Assembly (NCBI GenBank): GCA_045863295.1
Contig: BTWA01000015.1
Coordinates: 61,408 to 125,407 of the forward strand
Direction of reading: 5' to 3'
Source of the DNA: Candidatus Hydrogenedentota bacterium
Lineage (GTDB): Bacteria; Hydrogenedentota; Hydrogenedentia; Hydrogenedentales; SLHB01
DNA length: 64,000 nt
Below the pieces are notes generated by a model, which was given only the letters and a program-made list of their open reading frames with translations, did not search any database and had not been told where the DNA came from. This document shows positions 35,607 through 45,081 of this stretch, in pieces; the first letter of the stretch is position 1, and each line of letters starts with the position of its first letter. The position numbers and the translations under genes were made by a program.

Positions 35607-35783
35607 TCATGTTCCCCATGGGCTTTTAACCCGTTTCGGTTCCTTGATGGGCTCCAACGGCCGCAATGGCGCCGTCCGGTCGTACAACCGGGCGGACAAC
35701 TCGTGCAGGCGATAGCTGAGTCGAAGGCACTGAAGCGCCAGTTCGAACACGGCCACGCCGGCCATGCGCCGGATCCAGGTCAT
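35607..35783 (-). CDS. 58-aa small protein in the lysis region
   Basis: Below the track cutoff. MTWIRRMAGVAVFELALQCLRL...; TGATG coupling to the upstream lipoprotein, ends just before the next ATG. Confidence 0.5.
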   Translation of the reverse strand: MTWIRRMAGVAVFELALQCLRLSYRLHELSARLYDRTAPLRPLEPIKEPKRVKSPWGT

Positions 35784-36136
35784 CACGCACCAGGGGCCGG
35801 ACGACTTGGCAACGTCGGCAACATAGAATTAATGGTGTCCCGCCGTTCCTTCATGAACTGCAAGTTCGACTTCGCCTCCGCCATGGCCTTGTCATAGACC
35901 TTGGGATCGAGCTTCAACAGTTCCTGGACCGTCGGCCCGGTACTGATCCACGCGTCGCACGTCGTAATACGCGCGTCCAGGAGAGCGAGCTCCTGATTCG
36001 CAGCCTCTTGGGTTGCTGGCATCAACGCCAGTTCGGTTTTCAACTGCAACGTCCGTTGGACCGACGCGCACCCCGCGCCAATCGCAATCCCAACTGCAAC
36101 CAGTACCACAACAAAAGCCACACCAATCCGTTTCAT
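35783..36136 (-). CDS. Coiled-coil lipoprotein, possible spanin component
   Basis: AAGGAG RBS, MKRIGVAFVVVLVAVGIAIGAG-C lipobox, helical body, downstream of the endolysin. Confidence 0.55.
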   Translation of the reverse strand: MKRIGVAFVVVLVAVGIAIGAGCASVQRTLQLKTELALMPATQEAANQELALLDARITTCDAWISTGPTVQELLKLDPKVYDKAMAEAKSNLQFMKERRDTINSMLPTLPSRPAPGA

Positions 36137-36212
36137 GACTCGTCTCCTTGTTAAAGGTTTCTTTAATCCCTTCCGCAGGATTAAAATTTTCGGCCCTTTT
36201 CTTTAACGTGAC

Positions 36213-36240
36213 ACCATTTTGTTGATGCCAACAAAATGGT
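36213..36240. terminator. 12-bp perfect hairpin after the holin-like gene
   Basis: ACCATTTTGTTG-atgc-CAACAAAATGGT. Confidence 0.45.
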
Positions 36241-36842
36241 TAGGCGGGCGGTTTCTCCGTCCGCACCTTCTCCGTACGCTTCTTCGCCGCATCGAACACG
36301 GCGACAATGGACGCGATTGCCGTCGTGATGACCGCAATCGACCCAATCAACTCCGTCGCAATGGTTTTCAGGGCATCCACCACAACTGTGATTTCCTCGG
36401 GCGTCAACTGCACCAACCCGAACATGGCCGCCACCCCGAGAATTGCGCCAATAGATCCGGCGCTCAGCACGAACGCCTTCAAACCTTTGATCAGGTTCTT
36501 CGCAATACTGTTCTCAATGGGCACCTCATAGGTGTTCCACATTTCCCTTACGGCCTGGTAGTCGGCCATTGCCTGCGACTTCAATCCGAACAGCGCACGG
36601 ACCTTCGCCAGCCATCCGGCCTTCTTCACCACCCGAGGCTGAACAGATCCTTCACGAACTGCCACAGGCTGAACGGTTTGTCCCGCCGCTCCTTGTTCGC
36701 CCCCAGAAACTGTTCCGACGTCCCCTGGTGCGCTTCCTGCTGCTGCTGAATTGACGACTGAGGCGCGTGCCGTGGCTGTTTCCCGAACTCCGTGCGCTCG
36801 CCTGATGTCCTCGTCATGTTCGAAACCCTTTCCACCGCTCAT
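36240..36842 (-). CDS. Holin-like membrane protein (2 TM, basic C-terminal tail)
   Basis: Start at ATG 36842 by ATGA coupling; two hydrophobic helices and a K/R-rich C-terminus; next to the endolysin. Confidence 0.55.
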   Translation of the reverse strand: MSGGKGFEHDEDIRRAHGVRETATARASVVNSAAAGSAPGDVGTVSGGEQGAAGQTVQPVAVREGSVQPRVVKKAGWLAKVRALFGLKSQAMADYQAVREMWNTYEVPIENSIAKNLIKGLKAFVLSAGSIGAILGVAAMFGLVQLTPEEITVVVDALKTIATELIGSIAVITTAIASIVAVFDAAKKRTEKVRTEKPPA

Positions 36843-37006
36843 TTTGCTTTGCCTCCACCGGTCTCCCGGATTTCCGACAACCTCACGCCGGTCCGGCAAT
36901 TAGGACACTGCCCGATGTCGCGCAAGGTGTTTACTCCAAAGGTTTGGCCACACGCGCACTGCACGAGTACTTCTCGCGGCTTCCAATGTGGGTTGATGAT
37001 TTTCAT
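36839..37006 (-). CDS. 55-aa zinc-ribbon protein
   Basis: CACG...CPNC; ATGA coupling to the endolysin. Confidence 0.6.
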   Translation of the reverse strand: MKIINPHWKPREVLVQCACGQTFGVNTLRDIGQCPNCRTGVRLSEIRETGGGKAK

Positions 37007-37497
37007 TGCCCGCTTGTCTCTGCGTAGTCCAGCGCCTTTTCGACCGTGACCTTGTCTGGTCCAAGATAACCCCAGCGCGATCGCGCACCACGGCTGTCGC
37101 AATGGATGAAGGCGTTGTTCGGACTGTACAACCCCTTACCCATGTAGAAACGTGGATACACACCCAGACCCCCTGCCCCGAAGTGTCTATCCATGAACAT
37201 GTAGAACTGCCCCATGGTCAATTGCGCCGGTTTTACGATGTCCGTGGCCAGGCCCAGGCAATGTTGCGATACCGGACTGGAATCGCCGACCGTCATGTTG
37301 TGGGTCACGCAGCGAAAACCCGACGAACACGTGAACCGCATCTCTTCCGGCTTTACCTTGAGGAATACGCAGATATCGTCACAGACAAGCTGCAGGCGTC
37401 GAACGTGGTCGAGACTGATAGGCGCCGCCCCGCCGCAACAGTGAGTGCCCTTGCACTTGAACTCGTGCCGACTCCAATGCCGCGTCAGGTCACCCAT
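37003..37497 (-). CDS. Endolysin, peptidase M15A family
   Basis: EFKCK, SSGFRC..HN, SQHCLGLATDI, GLGVY, FIHCDSR. Confidence 0.85.
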   Translation of the reverse strand: MGDLTRHWSRHEFKCKGTHCCGGAAPISLDHVRRLQLVCDDICVFLKVKPEEMRFTCSSGFRCVTHNMTVGDSSPVSQHCLGLATDIVKPAQLTMGQFYMFMDRHFGAGGLGVYPRFYMGKGLYSPNNAFIHCDSRGARSRWGYLGPDKVTVEKALDYAETSGQ

Positions 37498-37502
37498 GCT
37501 CT

Positions 37503-37625
37503 TTACCTCCACAGCCACGCCAGGGCGAGGCCAATCACAATCCCAAACAGCACGAGGCAACAGGCCTCTGCTGTCGAATGGTCGCGTATGTGGACAAACT
37601 CGGTTTCAATCGGAGTTTTCCTCAT
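37503..37625 (-). CDS. 40-aa single-TM peptide
   Basis: Below the track cutoff. MRKTPIETEFVHIRDHSTAEACCLVLFGIVIGLALAWLWR fills the gap between the holin-like gene and the endolysin. Confidence 0.45.
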   Translation of the reverse strand: MRKTPIETEFVHIRDHSTAEACCLVLFGIVIGLALAWLWR

Positions 37626-37896
37626 CGTCCAATGGAACGTGCACACCCATCTTGGCCGCAATGGAAATCAAGATTAGGTTGGTCTTATCCAAGCGCCTAT
37701 GAACGGCGCGTACGTCTCGCCCAAGGCTCTTATCGGTGTCCTTCAACTCGTTTATGGCGCTGTCGTGATTCTCCAACCGCATGTTGGTCTTGGTACGATG
37801 CCGGTCCAGGCCGATAATCCAGCCAAAGGCAATGGTTAGAAAGGTGGTGAGCAACCCGACAATGGCCATCGCGTTGTCGTAGAACCATGCGCCCAT
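37606..37896 (-). CDS. Single-TM coiled-coil protein (holin/XhlA-like)
   Basis: GAGGAG RBS, N-terminal TM followed by a coiled coil, upstream of the endolysin. Confidence 0.6.
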   Translation of the reverse strand: MGAWFYDNAMAIVGLLTTFLTIAFGWIIGLDRHRTKTNMRLENHDSAINELKDTDKSLGRDVRAVHRRLDKTNLILISIAAKMGVHVPLDDEENSD

Positions 37897-37910
37897 GTGC
37901 GTCTCCTCGT

Positions 37911-39404
37911 TCAAAAGACAACTCCACCGCCACCCGGGGTCACCGGCGACGTACAGCCCGCCGTGCCCGTGTATTCGATCTCCAATTTCGGACGGCGGCT
38001 TGTCGTCACGTTCCCATACCCCGAAAACTCGCCGGCGTTGTCGCCGCTCTCCCATTCGAACGCGACATTCCCATTCCCGCTACCCGCCTTGATAATGCTG
38101 CTCGACGTCGACTCCAACGCGATCGTAAAAATCCCGGGGTCGCAGGTATCGGAATAGCTCCCGCCGCCGTCGTAGATGTATTCCATAAGCGACGTGCCGT
38201 TGTGCAGATCCCAGTTAATGACGGTGCCCTCGGTGTCATCCGGCAAAACAGCATCCGTGTCCGTGGCCGTCCCCAGGCTCAACCCGTTGATGGTCGTGCC
38301 CGAACTGGCCTCGTTCCACACCACATCGGCCACATGCGCGGTCAGCGTCAGAGGATCGGACAACGCGCTCACATACGTATTGTCGTCATCCAGCGTCATA
38401 TACAGCGTGGCGTTCGTCACATTGCCATTAATCCCAGGCATATCCACCTTGAACACCACACGGTCAAACTCACCACTCCCCTGTGTGTACACCATGCTGT
38501 CGAACGCTTGCTGGGTCTCGGTAGGATCGATATAGACTGGATAGGTAGCATCCCTCAGCCATTCCGCATCGACCACGGCGGTATACGTTTTGCCGTCCCA
38601 TTCGTAATGCCCCTGCGTCCTGCGGCTGCGTGGAGTACTCGAATCGACAATCACTAACGGCGAGAAATCGAACACCTTTCGCGCCGCATCGTCGAACACG
38701 CGCAACTTCCCGTCGCGTTCCTGGAGCGACAAATGCGGCGCAAGCACATATCCGTTGATAATCCGCAACTCGCTTGCGCCTTTCGGCACTTCGAAGCCAA
38801 CAGGGAGAATCACGTCCTCTTTGTGGCCACCCTCGAACACGGTCCGGTGTAGCTCCACGCCGTCAGGGAAGAGACCGCGAATAACCACACACTCCGCCGA
38901 TACCTGCTCCGCCTTCGCCTCCAACGGCGTCAAATCGGCAACATCGTCATCCCAACCAAATCCAGAAGGCGCATACGCCATCCAAGATCCATCCCTACGA
39001 CGCATGGTCACCTTGCCGTCAGGGTAAAACTCCACCACGGTCGGGCTTGCATCGCATCGAAGCACCCCGCCGCCCGCGTCCTCCAGGACGGCTGCCACCG
39101 CGCGCAACCGCCCCTGCTCGTCCCAATACCGGAGGGGAGACCCGTAAACTTCCAGGGTCCCGCCCGTCTCGGTTTGTTCGATAACTCGCGAGTAAAGCGC
39201 AAGCGTCTTATCCCCCCGCGAAGTACCAATCAATTCCTCGTGCGCCCGGGCCTCGCCGTCCTTCGCCGCCCGATCCGCCTTCGCGCTGTCCACCGCTTCG
39301 CGCACTTCCAGCGAACGCGGCTCCAACTCCGCCCGTTGCGGTTTCGTCGCGTCATGCAACTGCGCCAGGGCGACAATCGCGAGTATGTGCAGGGGATAGC
39401 GCAT
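37911..39404 (-). CDS. Protein with a YPVYIDPT motif and a C-terminal DNRLRE/CBM96-like domain
   Basis: KEDVIL, AEWLRDATYPVYIDPT, NVTNATLYM, WNE, RRPKLEIEY; short hydrophobic N-terminus. Confidence 0.6.
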   Translation of the reverse strand: MRYPLHILAIVALAQLHDATKPQRAELEPRSLEVREAVDSAKADRAAKDGEARAHEELIGTSRGDKTLALYSRVIEQTETGGTLEVYGSPLRYWDEQGRLRAVAAVLEDAGGGVLRCDASPTVVEFYPDGKVTMRRRDGSWMAYAPSGFGWDDDVADLTPLEAKAEQVSAECVVIRGLFPDGVELHRTVFEGGHKEDVILPVGFEVPKGASELRIINGYVLAPHLSLQERDGKLRVFDDAARKVFDFSPLVIVDSSTPRSRRTQGHYEWDGKTYTAVVDAEWLRDATYPVYIDPTETQQAFDSMVYTQGSGEFDRVVFKVDMPGINGNVTNATLYMTLDDDNTYVSALSDPLTLTAHVADVVWNEASSGTTINGLSLGTATDTDAVLPDDTEGTVINWDLHNGTSLMEYIYDGGGSYSDTCDPGIFTIALESTSSSIIKAGSGNGNVAFEWESGDNAGEFSGYGNVTTSRRPKLEIEYTGTAGCTSPVTPGGGGVVF

Positions 39405-41575
39405 TAGTTGTACCCATGCTTCACGGGGAAGCTGGTAAAAAACTGCACGAATCGCGAACTCGCCGTCAGCGTGTCATCGGAGACATGATTCGCATCCCGC
39501 GTGACCTGAATCGTTATCCAATCATCCGCGGCAATGTTGGCTCCGCTGAACGTCAAACCAAATTGGGTGTTCAGATCCAACGATGTTGAATCGGCGGCCG
39601 TCGTCACACTCACGGTCTCCGCTGCGGCACTGTCAAACTGCTCGCTATCACCCGTAGGCCATACCTTAAAATCCCACCGGCAATTACCGCTCGTGCCGCT
39701 CGTGCCCCAATCAAAACCGACAGACCAATTCTGGCCACTCACATACGTTCCTGGCACATGAATCGAAATGAAAATCGATTGATCCGTGTCCGGATCAAAC
39801 TCGTACGCCACATACGGCCGCGCATGCGTGGTAGTTACAAACACCGTTGGCCCCGTCGCGGCCGCGCCAGTCACAGGGCGAAACGCATCTGCCTGAAATG
39901 AACCGTGTGCGTGCCGATACCCCCACGCTACGCCCGTGATTCCGCCGAAGATTAGCGACTGCCCCGCCACCGCGTCCGCAGCGTCGAATGCGCCGGTTGT
40001 GCCAAGGACCAGGTTTCCGACCGAATCCACTGCGTCAACGTTGTTCGAACCCCACCGCTGCGCACCCTCGACCTCCCATAGCTGGTTATCGTGCGCCGTC
40101 CACACTAGATCACCGTCCGCAACGCCGCCGGCATAGCCCCGCAAATCACCCGACGAATGACGCGCCGCGAGCGACAACCCTCCGCTCAAATTGGCATCGG
40201 CCCAAACGTCCGCCCCATCCTGCTTCGCGGCCCCTGACGTGGTGTAACCCGTCGATCGCGTAATGAGCAGCAACGAATCGCTCGCGTTGTCGACGTTTCC
40301 GATTTGCAGGTAGGCACCCGACCCTGTGCCCGTATTCGTGTTCACGAGTTTCCACGTCTTGAATCCGGCCACCGACCCCACGGAATCCACGTTGCCGGTC
40401 AGCGTGCTCGTGCCGTTCACTGTGAAATTACCGCGCGCGGTCACAGGACCACTCGCGTCCTTGCCCAGATAGATCATCTGATTCGAATTGGTGATGAGTT
40501 CGTAATACGCGCTACCAGTCGTCGCGTTATAGACCCACTGCAACACCCCGTAGTGAGATGTCGACTGCCCTTGGATGAATCGCGAATTAGCGCTGTCATT
40601 GAAACAGCCAATGTCCGTTGTGCTCAGCGTATAGTCGACCGCCGCGCCCTTGTAGAACAGCGCAGATCCAGCGCCGCGAATCACCCAATCGGTGTCGGCC
40701 ACTGCGCCCCCCGCCGCAATACGGCCCGAGGCAGTCAGCCCGGCAATCGTCGACAATCCAGTCACACCCAGCGCCCCGCCAATCGTCGCATTGCCGCTTG
40801 TGACCAGGCTGGCAATACTCAATGCGGCGCTACTCGAAATATCACTCCCCGTGATGGTCCCATCCAGGATTTTCGCGCCGGTCACCGCCCCATCAGCAAT
40901 ATCAGCGACTACGATCGTGCCGTCCAATATCTTGCCGCTGGTCACCGCCCCGTCCGCCAAATCCCCTACAACAATGGTCCCGTCAGCAATAAGCCCGCTC
41001 GTAATAGCCGCAGACGCGATATCCGCCGTCGCGATCGTGCCATCCAGAATCATCGTGGTTGTCACGCCGCCGGTAGGAATGAGAATCACAATCTTGCGCG
41101 TGGCTGCCGCCTGGGTCTCAATCCCGTCCCCGCCCTCAAGCGTGAGGGTTTGCCCATCGTCTATGGCCTGTGGCGTGCCCGAATCCCCCGCCGCGTTGAA
41201 TTCGAAGTCTTCCGCGCTCGCATCGATCGCGTCGAGTTTCGCCTTGTCCTCCTGGGACATCAGCCCGTCGTTATCGTCGGCTGCGGTCTCTCCTTCGTAG
41301 TTGCCAGCATCCACGGTCCCAGTGACAGAGGCATCGCCGCCTACATCCAGGTCATCGGCCACGCTCGCATCGTCCGTGCTGGTGATTTGCTCCGCTTGCA
41401 CGGTTTTAGACGCATCGATGTTGCCTTGCGAATCAATGTCGGTGCCGCCGTCCTTGGGATCGGACGGACCTCCCCCGATTTGGAGCTCTTCCGACTTCTG
41501 CGGGTTCGGTCCCATTGCCCCTACGAGCAATGGGACCAGAACCACGCAAATCGCTATGCGAAAGAACCGGCTCAT
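39404..41575 (-). CDS. Tail/head fibre-like protein with a signal-peptide-like N-terminus
   Basis: Decapeptide repeats (ILDGTIATAD, IADGAVTGAK), G/T/A-rich beta-helix-like shaft, globular C-terminus. Confidence 0.7.
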   Translation of the reverse strand: MSRFFRIAICVVLVPLLVGAMGPNPQKSEELQIGGGPSDPKDGGTDIDSQGNIDASKTVQAEQITSTDDASVADDLDVGGDASVTGTVDAGNYEGETAADDNDGLMSQEDKAKLDAIDASAEDFEFNAAGDSGTPQAIDDGQTLTLEGGDGIETQAAATRKIVILIPTGGVTTTMILDGTIATADIASAAITSGLIADGTIVVGDLADGAVTSGKILDGTIVVADIADGAVTGAKILDGTITGSDISSSAALSIASLVTSGNATIGGALGVTGLSTIAGLTASGRIAAGGAVADTDWVIRGAGSALFYKGAAVDYTLSTTDIGCFNDSANSRFIQGQSTSHYGVLQWVYNATTGSAYYELITNSNQMIYLGKDASGPVTARGNFTVNGTSTLTGNVDSVGSVAGFKTWKLVNTNTGTGSGAYLQIGNVDNASDSLLLITRSTGYTTSGAAKQDGADVWADANLSGGLSLAARHSSGDLRGYAGGVADGDLVWTAHDNQLWEVEGAQRWGSNNVDAVDSVGNLVLGTTGAFDAADAVAGQSLIFGGITGVAWGYRHAHGSFQADAFRPVTGAAATGPTVFVTTTHARPYVAYEFDPDTDQSIFISIHVPGTYVSGQNWSVGFDWGTSGTSGNCRWDFKVWPTGDSEQFDSAAAETVSVTTAADSTSLDLNTQFGLTFSGANIAADDWITIQVTRDANHVSDDTLTASSRFVQFFTSFPVKHGYN

Positions 41576-42030
41576 TGAATGACGCCCGCTCCTTCAAGGT
41601 CTTCCGGTTCACCGCTTCCTTCGACATCGATGTCCGGCAAGTTCGGAGTGGGCGATACACCCTTCTCCTCGTCTTCCAACTCTTGAACCAGGAGGAGGAC
41701 ATCACGCAATTTCATCGTATCCGCAATCTGTACCTTGTACTTGTTGCGGGCGTATTCGATCAGTTGCGCACGGTTCATCCCGGCAAGGGATTCCGGAACG
41801 TGGGCGTACTTCGCTTCTTCCGCTTCCACGGCGCGTCCGCGTATAACCCGCTGTTTGCCCGTCTCCGGGTCAGTGGTTACGCGCACCACGCGCATGGATT
41901 TGTCCCTCAGCGCGCGTTCGCGCATCGCTTCGTTGTACGGCAGTAACGTGCCGTCCGCGCTCTGGTACGCCAGCCAACCGGTATCTTGATTGGCTTCCGC
42001 CTCCATCTGCGCTGCTCGTCGTTTACCCAT
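41572..42030 (-). CDS. Hypothetical head-module protein with a small helical (HeH-like) domain
   Basis: LAGMNRAQLIEYARNKYKVQI...MKLRDV; follows the decoration gene. Confidence 0.55.
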   Translation of the reverse strand: MGKRRAAQMEAEANQDTGWLAYQSADGTLLPYNEAMRERALRDKSMRVVRVTTDPETGKQRVIRGRAVEAEEAKYAHVPESLAGMNRAQLIEYARNKYKVQIADTMKLRDVLLLVQELEDEEKGVSPTPNLPDIDVEGSGEPEDLEGAGVIQ

Positions 42031-42066
42031 GACAACCACCTTTCAATCAAGGTTCGGGTTACAGAT

Positions 42067-42582
42067 TTAGTCTTCTTCGATGTCGAAGACCTTGACCATC
42101 GACAGGGATACGTCCAGGACCGCCGCATCGGCCTCATTGTTGAAAAGCAACGCGAAGATGCGGTCCACCGCCGAAGCCGGAGCGCCCGCAAAGTACGCGG
42201 GGTGCGGTACGGGTGGCGCCGCCTCTTCCAACGTGACCTGGCGGTTGGAGTAGCAGGTGTCGGCCGTCGCGTTGCAATCAACGCCGTCCAACAGACCATC
42301 GGCGTCAATCGCTACGCCGGCAGCGGTATACAGGCCCCCGTCAACGGTCAGCGTGCCGCCTTCCGGAGTGACCACACGCAAGCTATTGCTTGGCACTTCA
42401 AACCCGGCCGGGATGTTGAATACCTGGACCGTGTCGCCGCTGCCTACTGTCCCGATTTTTCCGGGTACGTTGGCATCTGCTTCCGAGCAGTCGATCCGGA
42501 GCCGCTGCACGTAGAGTTTGTTCATTGAATCGAGTTGGGACGCATACGCGCCGCCTACCCGTGCATCAATTACTTCTGGCAT
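42067..42582 (-). CDS. Capsid decoration / cement protein
   Basis: Directly after the MCP; GDTVQVFNIPAG, TPEGGTLTVDGG, DADGLLDGVD. Confidence 0.65.
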   Translation of the reverse strand: MPEVIDARVGGAYASQLDSMNKLYVQRLRIDCSEADANVPGKIGTVGSGDTVQVFNIPAGFEVPSNSLRVVTPEGGTLTVDGGLYTAAGVAIDADGLLDGVDCNATADTCYSNRQVTLEEAAPPVPHPAYFAGAPASAVDRIFALLFNNEADAAVLDVSLSMVKVFDIEED

Positions 42583-42596
42583 TGATAGAGTCTCCT

Positions 42597-42626
42597 AAAA
42601 CGGCGGCGGGCGATCCCCGCCGCCGT
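42597..42626 (-). terminator. Hairpin terminator after the major capsid gene
   Basis: Minus strand ACGGCGGCGGG-gatcg-CCCGCCGCCGT followed by TTT. Confidence 0.7.
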
Positions 42627-42646
42627 CAGTTCGTCAACACTCGGGC

Positions 42647-43579
42647 TTACGCCGCCGGCTTCACGTGCGACCAGCCAAGCCCTTCCGGCTTCATCGCTTC
42701 CCAGTCGTATACGTTCACGACACGGGAGAACTTGCCGACCGCTTCCACGCTTTCCATTCCGATCTTCACTTCCGTGAACTGATCCACGGTCTGCACCGCG
42801 GCCGGTTCGCCGAAAATCACGTTCCAGCCGGTATGACCGCCGGACGTGGTGTACGACATCAGGTTGGAAATGTAGAAGGTGAATCGAGCAACGGAACCGA
42901 TCATTCCGTCCGTTTCGCGCAGAATGGATCGCGGGTCACCGGTGATGAACGCGGACTTGAGATCGCTGTTCAACAACAGGTTGTAGATCCAAACTGGAAT
43001 GATCACATACCGGCCAACGGTCGGCCAGCGGGCCTCATCGGCTACGGAAGACATATCCGTGATCCACTGCACGACGTTACCGGCGTTCAGTGTTCGCGGT
43101 GCGCCTACCGCACCCATGTTCCACAAGCCGCTTTCGCGCCCTGCGGTCGTACCCTTATTGGTGGCACCTGCGGACGCGTAAATGTCGCCCAGGTATTCCC
43201 GGTCGATATCCTCCTGCAGGGCCTTGGTGGCTTCTTCCTGGTACGAGTCCGACATGAACCCGCCCGCCTGGAAGTCCTCGATGCTGTCGATCTTGAACGC
43301 CACGTATCGCGCACGGTTCACAGTGAACGTGCGTTTCTCGGGATTAGGATTGTCCGAAACGACGGTTCCGGCGATCGACAAAGGTTTGGACGACATCTGA
43401 GGCACCCATTGTACGTGCACGGTGTTGCCGCGTTCTTTGAGTACCCCGTCGTAGTCCGTCTTTGTCGTCTCTCGACGAAACGTCTTCGTGTAGTAACGGT
43501 ATTGCGCTTCGGCCAGCCACACCTCTGGAATGTAAATTCCATTAGCGGAATTGTGGCCCGCCGCTACTGCTACGGCCAT
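42647..43579 (-). CDS. Major capsid protein
   Basis: YIPEVW, DYDGVLKERGNTVHV, P..GRYVII, VYDWEAMKPEGL; lies after the scaffold. Confidence 0.85.
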   Translation of the reverse strand: MAVAVAAGHNSANGIYIPEVWLAEAQYRYYTKTFRRETTKTDYDGVLKERGNTVHVQWVPQMSSKPLSIAGTVVSDNPNPEKRTFTVNRARYVAFKIDSIEDFQAGGFMSDSYQEEATKALQEDIDREYLGDIYASAGATNKGTTAGRESGLWNMGAVGAPRTLNAGNVVQWITDMSSVADEARWPTVGRYVIIPVWIYNLLLNSDLKSAFITGDPRSILRETDGMIGSVARFTFYISNLMSYTTSGGHTGWNVIFGEPAAVQTVDQFTEVKIGMESVEAVGKFSRVVNVYDWEAMKPEGLGWSHVKPAA

Positions 43580-43598
43580 GGTTCGTCCCCACGCCGCG

Positions 43599-44669
43599 CT
43601 ATCCTTGGATTCGGCCCTCGGATTGCGCGTTGATTACGAGAGCGCGAACTTCGTCACGTGTCAGCCCTTGGGCGTTCACGTCACCTGCTCGCATTCTCGA
43701 AGCGCTCATGAGCATCTTTTGCGCCTGCGCCACCGTGTAGACCGGTTTTGCAGGAATGGAAGATGTAGCGCCAGCGCCCCCGCCTTGTGGCGGCATGATG
43801 GCTTGCGCTGGCGTGGCCGGTGGAACGGCCGGAGCTGGGGTCGGCGTCGGAGTGTAGGCACGGAAGATCGACGCTGCGACTTCCGCGTTGTTGGCTTTTT
43901 CGGCGATTGCCAGTGTATTGCGCATGCCTGTGCTGTCCAGCCAAGCGTTGAAACCCGGATCGGCATCCAGCTCGTACCAGTTCGATACGGCTGCGTCCAA
44001 CTTCGAGTAAAAATCGCCTTCTGACACCACGGGCGCAGGCACCACCGCCGGTTGCTGCACAGCCGGTGTAGTCGAAGACAACGCCGCTTTCGCGGAGGCT
44101 TCTGCCACCTTCTGAACGACGCGTAACGCCTCTTCGCCGCCGAACATATCCAATTCCTCGTCCGTCACCCCAAAGTGCTCTAAGCCCACCGGGGCAGGAT
44201 CTGCGAGTTGTTTGGCGGGCGGGCTTGATGCCGGCGCCGCTTCGAGCTGCGCTTTCAGTTGGCTAATTTGCGCGTCCTTAGCGGCAATCCGCTTTTCCAT
44301 GACGCGAAATCGGCCTGTGAGCGATCGCAGGTCTTGAGTCAACTTCGCAAAATCCGGTTGGGCTTCCACTTGAGCGCTGGGCGACGGGCCGGGCACTGGT
44401 TGCGGCGGCGTCGACAGAGACTCCTGATTCTCCTGCACAACGGGTTGTGGCGCGGCGACGAACGCGGCGGTCTCCACGGGTTGTGCGGCCGGAGTTTCGT
44501 CAGTCACGGTCTGTGCGGCCTGGTTTTGGAGCGCGCGTGCATTGCGTAGCCGTTCCTTCAAATGATTCGGTATCCCCTTCATCATATCGACCTCGTTGAC
44601 AGGGACAGGCCGGATCACATTGGAATTCGGCAACGTTTGCACGCTCTCCACTTCTGCTTTCATGCACAC
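43599..44669 (-). CDS. Capsid scaffolding protein
   Basis: P/A/Q-rich coiled coil, DPGFNAWL, C-terminal AQSEGRI, directly before the MCP. Confidence 0.75.
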   Translation of the reverse strand: MCMKAEVESVQTLPNSNVIRPVPVNEVDMMKGIPNHLKERLRNARALQNQAAQTVTDETPAAQPVETAAFVAAPQPVVQENQESLSTPPQPVPGPSPSAQVEAQPDFAKLTQDLRSLTGRFRVMEKRIAAKDAQISQLKAQLEAAPASSPPAKQLADPAPVGLEHFGVTDEELDMFGGEEALRVVQKVAEASAKAALSSTTPAVQQPAVVPAPVVSEGDFYSKLDAAVSNWYELDADPGFNAWLDSTGMRNTLAIAEKANNAEVAASIFRAYTPTPTPAPAVPPATPAQAIMPPQGGGAGATSSIPAKPVYTVAQAQKMLMSASRMRAGDVNAQGLTRDEVRALVINAQSEGRIQG

Positions 44670-44694
44670 CTCTCAAAGCCGGTCGAACCGGCGA

Positions 44695-45081
44695 TTACGC
44701 TTCCTGCACAAACAGGTCTACATACCCTGTTTTCGTGTCGCCGCCCTGGGCGACGGTAAGGACCACGTCCTCGTCCACCAGTGGGATTCGGTCCATCATC
44801 GGACGGGTTCCGTCCAACGTGGCCGCCACGCCTGCGGTCGTGTGAACCTGAGCACGCGGATAAATCATCTTGTTCGCTTGGGCGAGATCGGCCTCGGCCC
44901 ACAGCGACTGTCCATTAACCGCACCCACAAGTGACTGTATATCCGTTGTGGACGCCAGGTCGCCAAACCGGTACCGGATGGAGTGAACAAACCCGTTCAT
45001 TCTCACACCGACACCGCCGACAAACGCGCCACTGCCGTTCGTGGTCACCTTGATCGTGTATTTGTTGAGCTTGGCAGCCAT
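44695..45081 (-). CDS. Hypothetical head-module beta protein
   Basis: 128-aa beta-rich ORF abutting the upstream gene. Confidence 0.55.
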   Translation of the reverse strand: MAAKLNKYTIKVTTNGSGAFVGGVGVRMNGFVHSIRYRFGDLASTTDIQSLVGAVNGQSLWAEADLAQANKMIYPRAQVHTTAGVAATLDGTRPMMDRIPLVDEDVVLTVAQGGDTKTGYVDLFVQEA

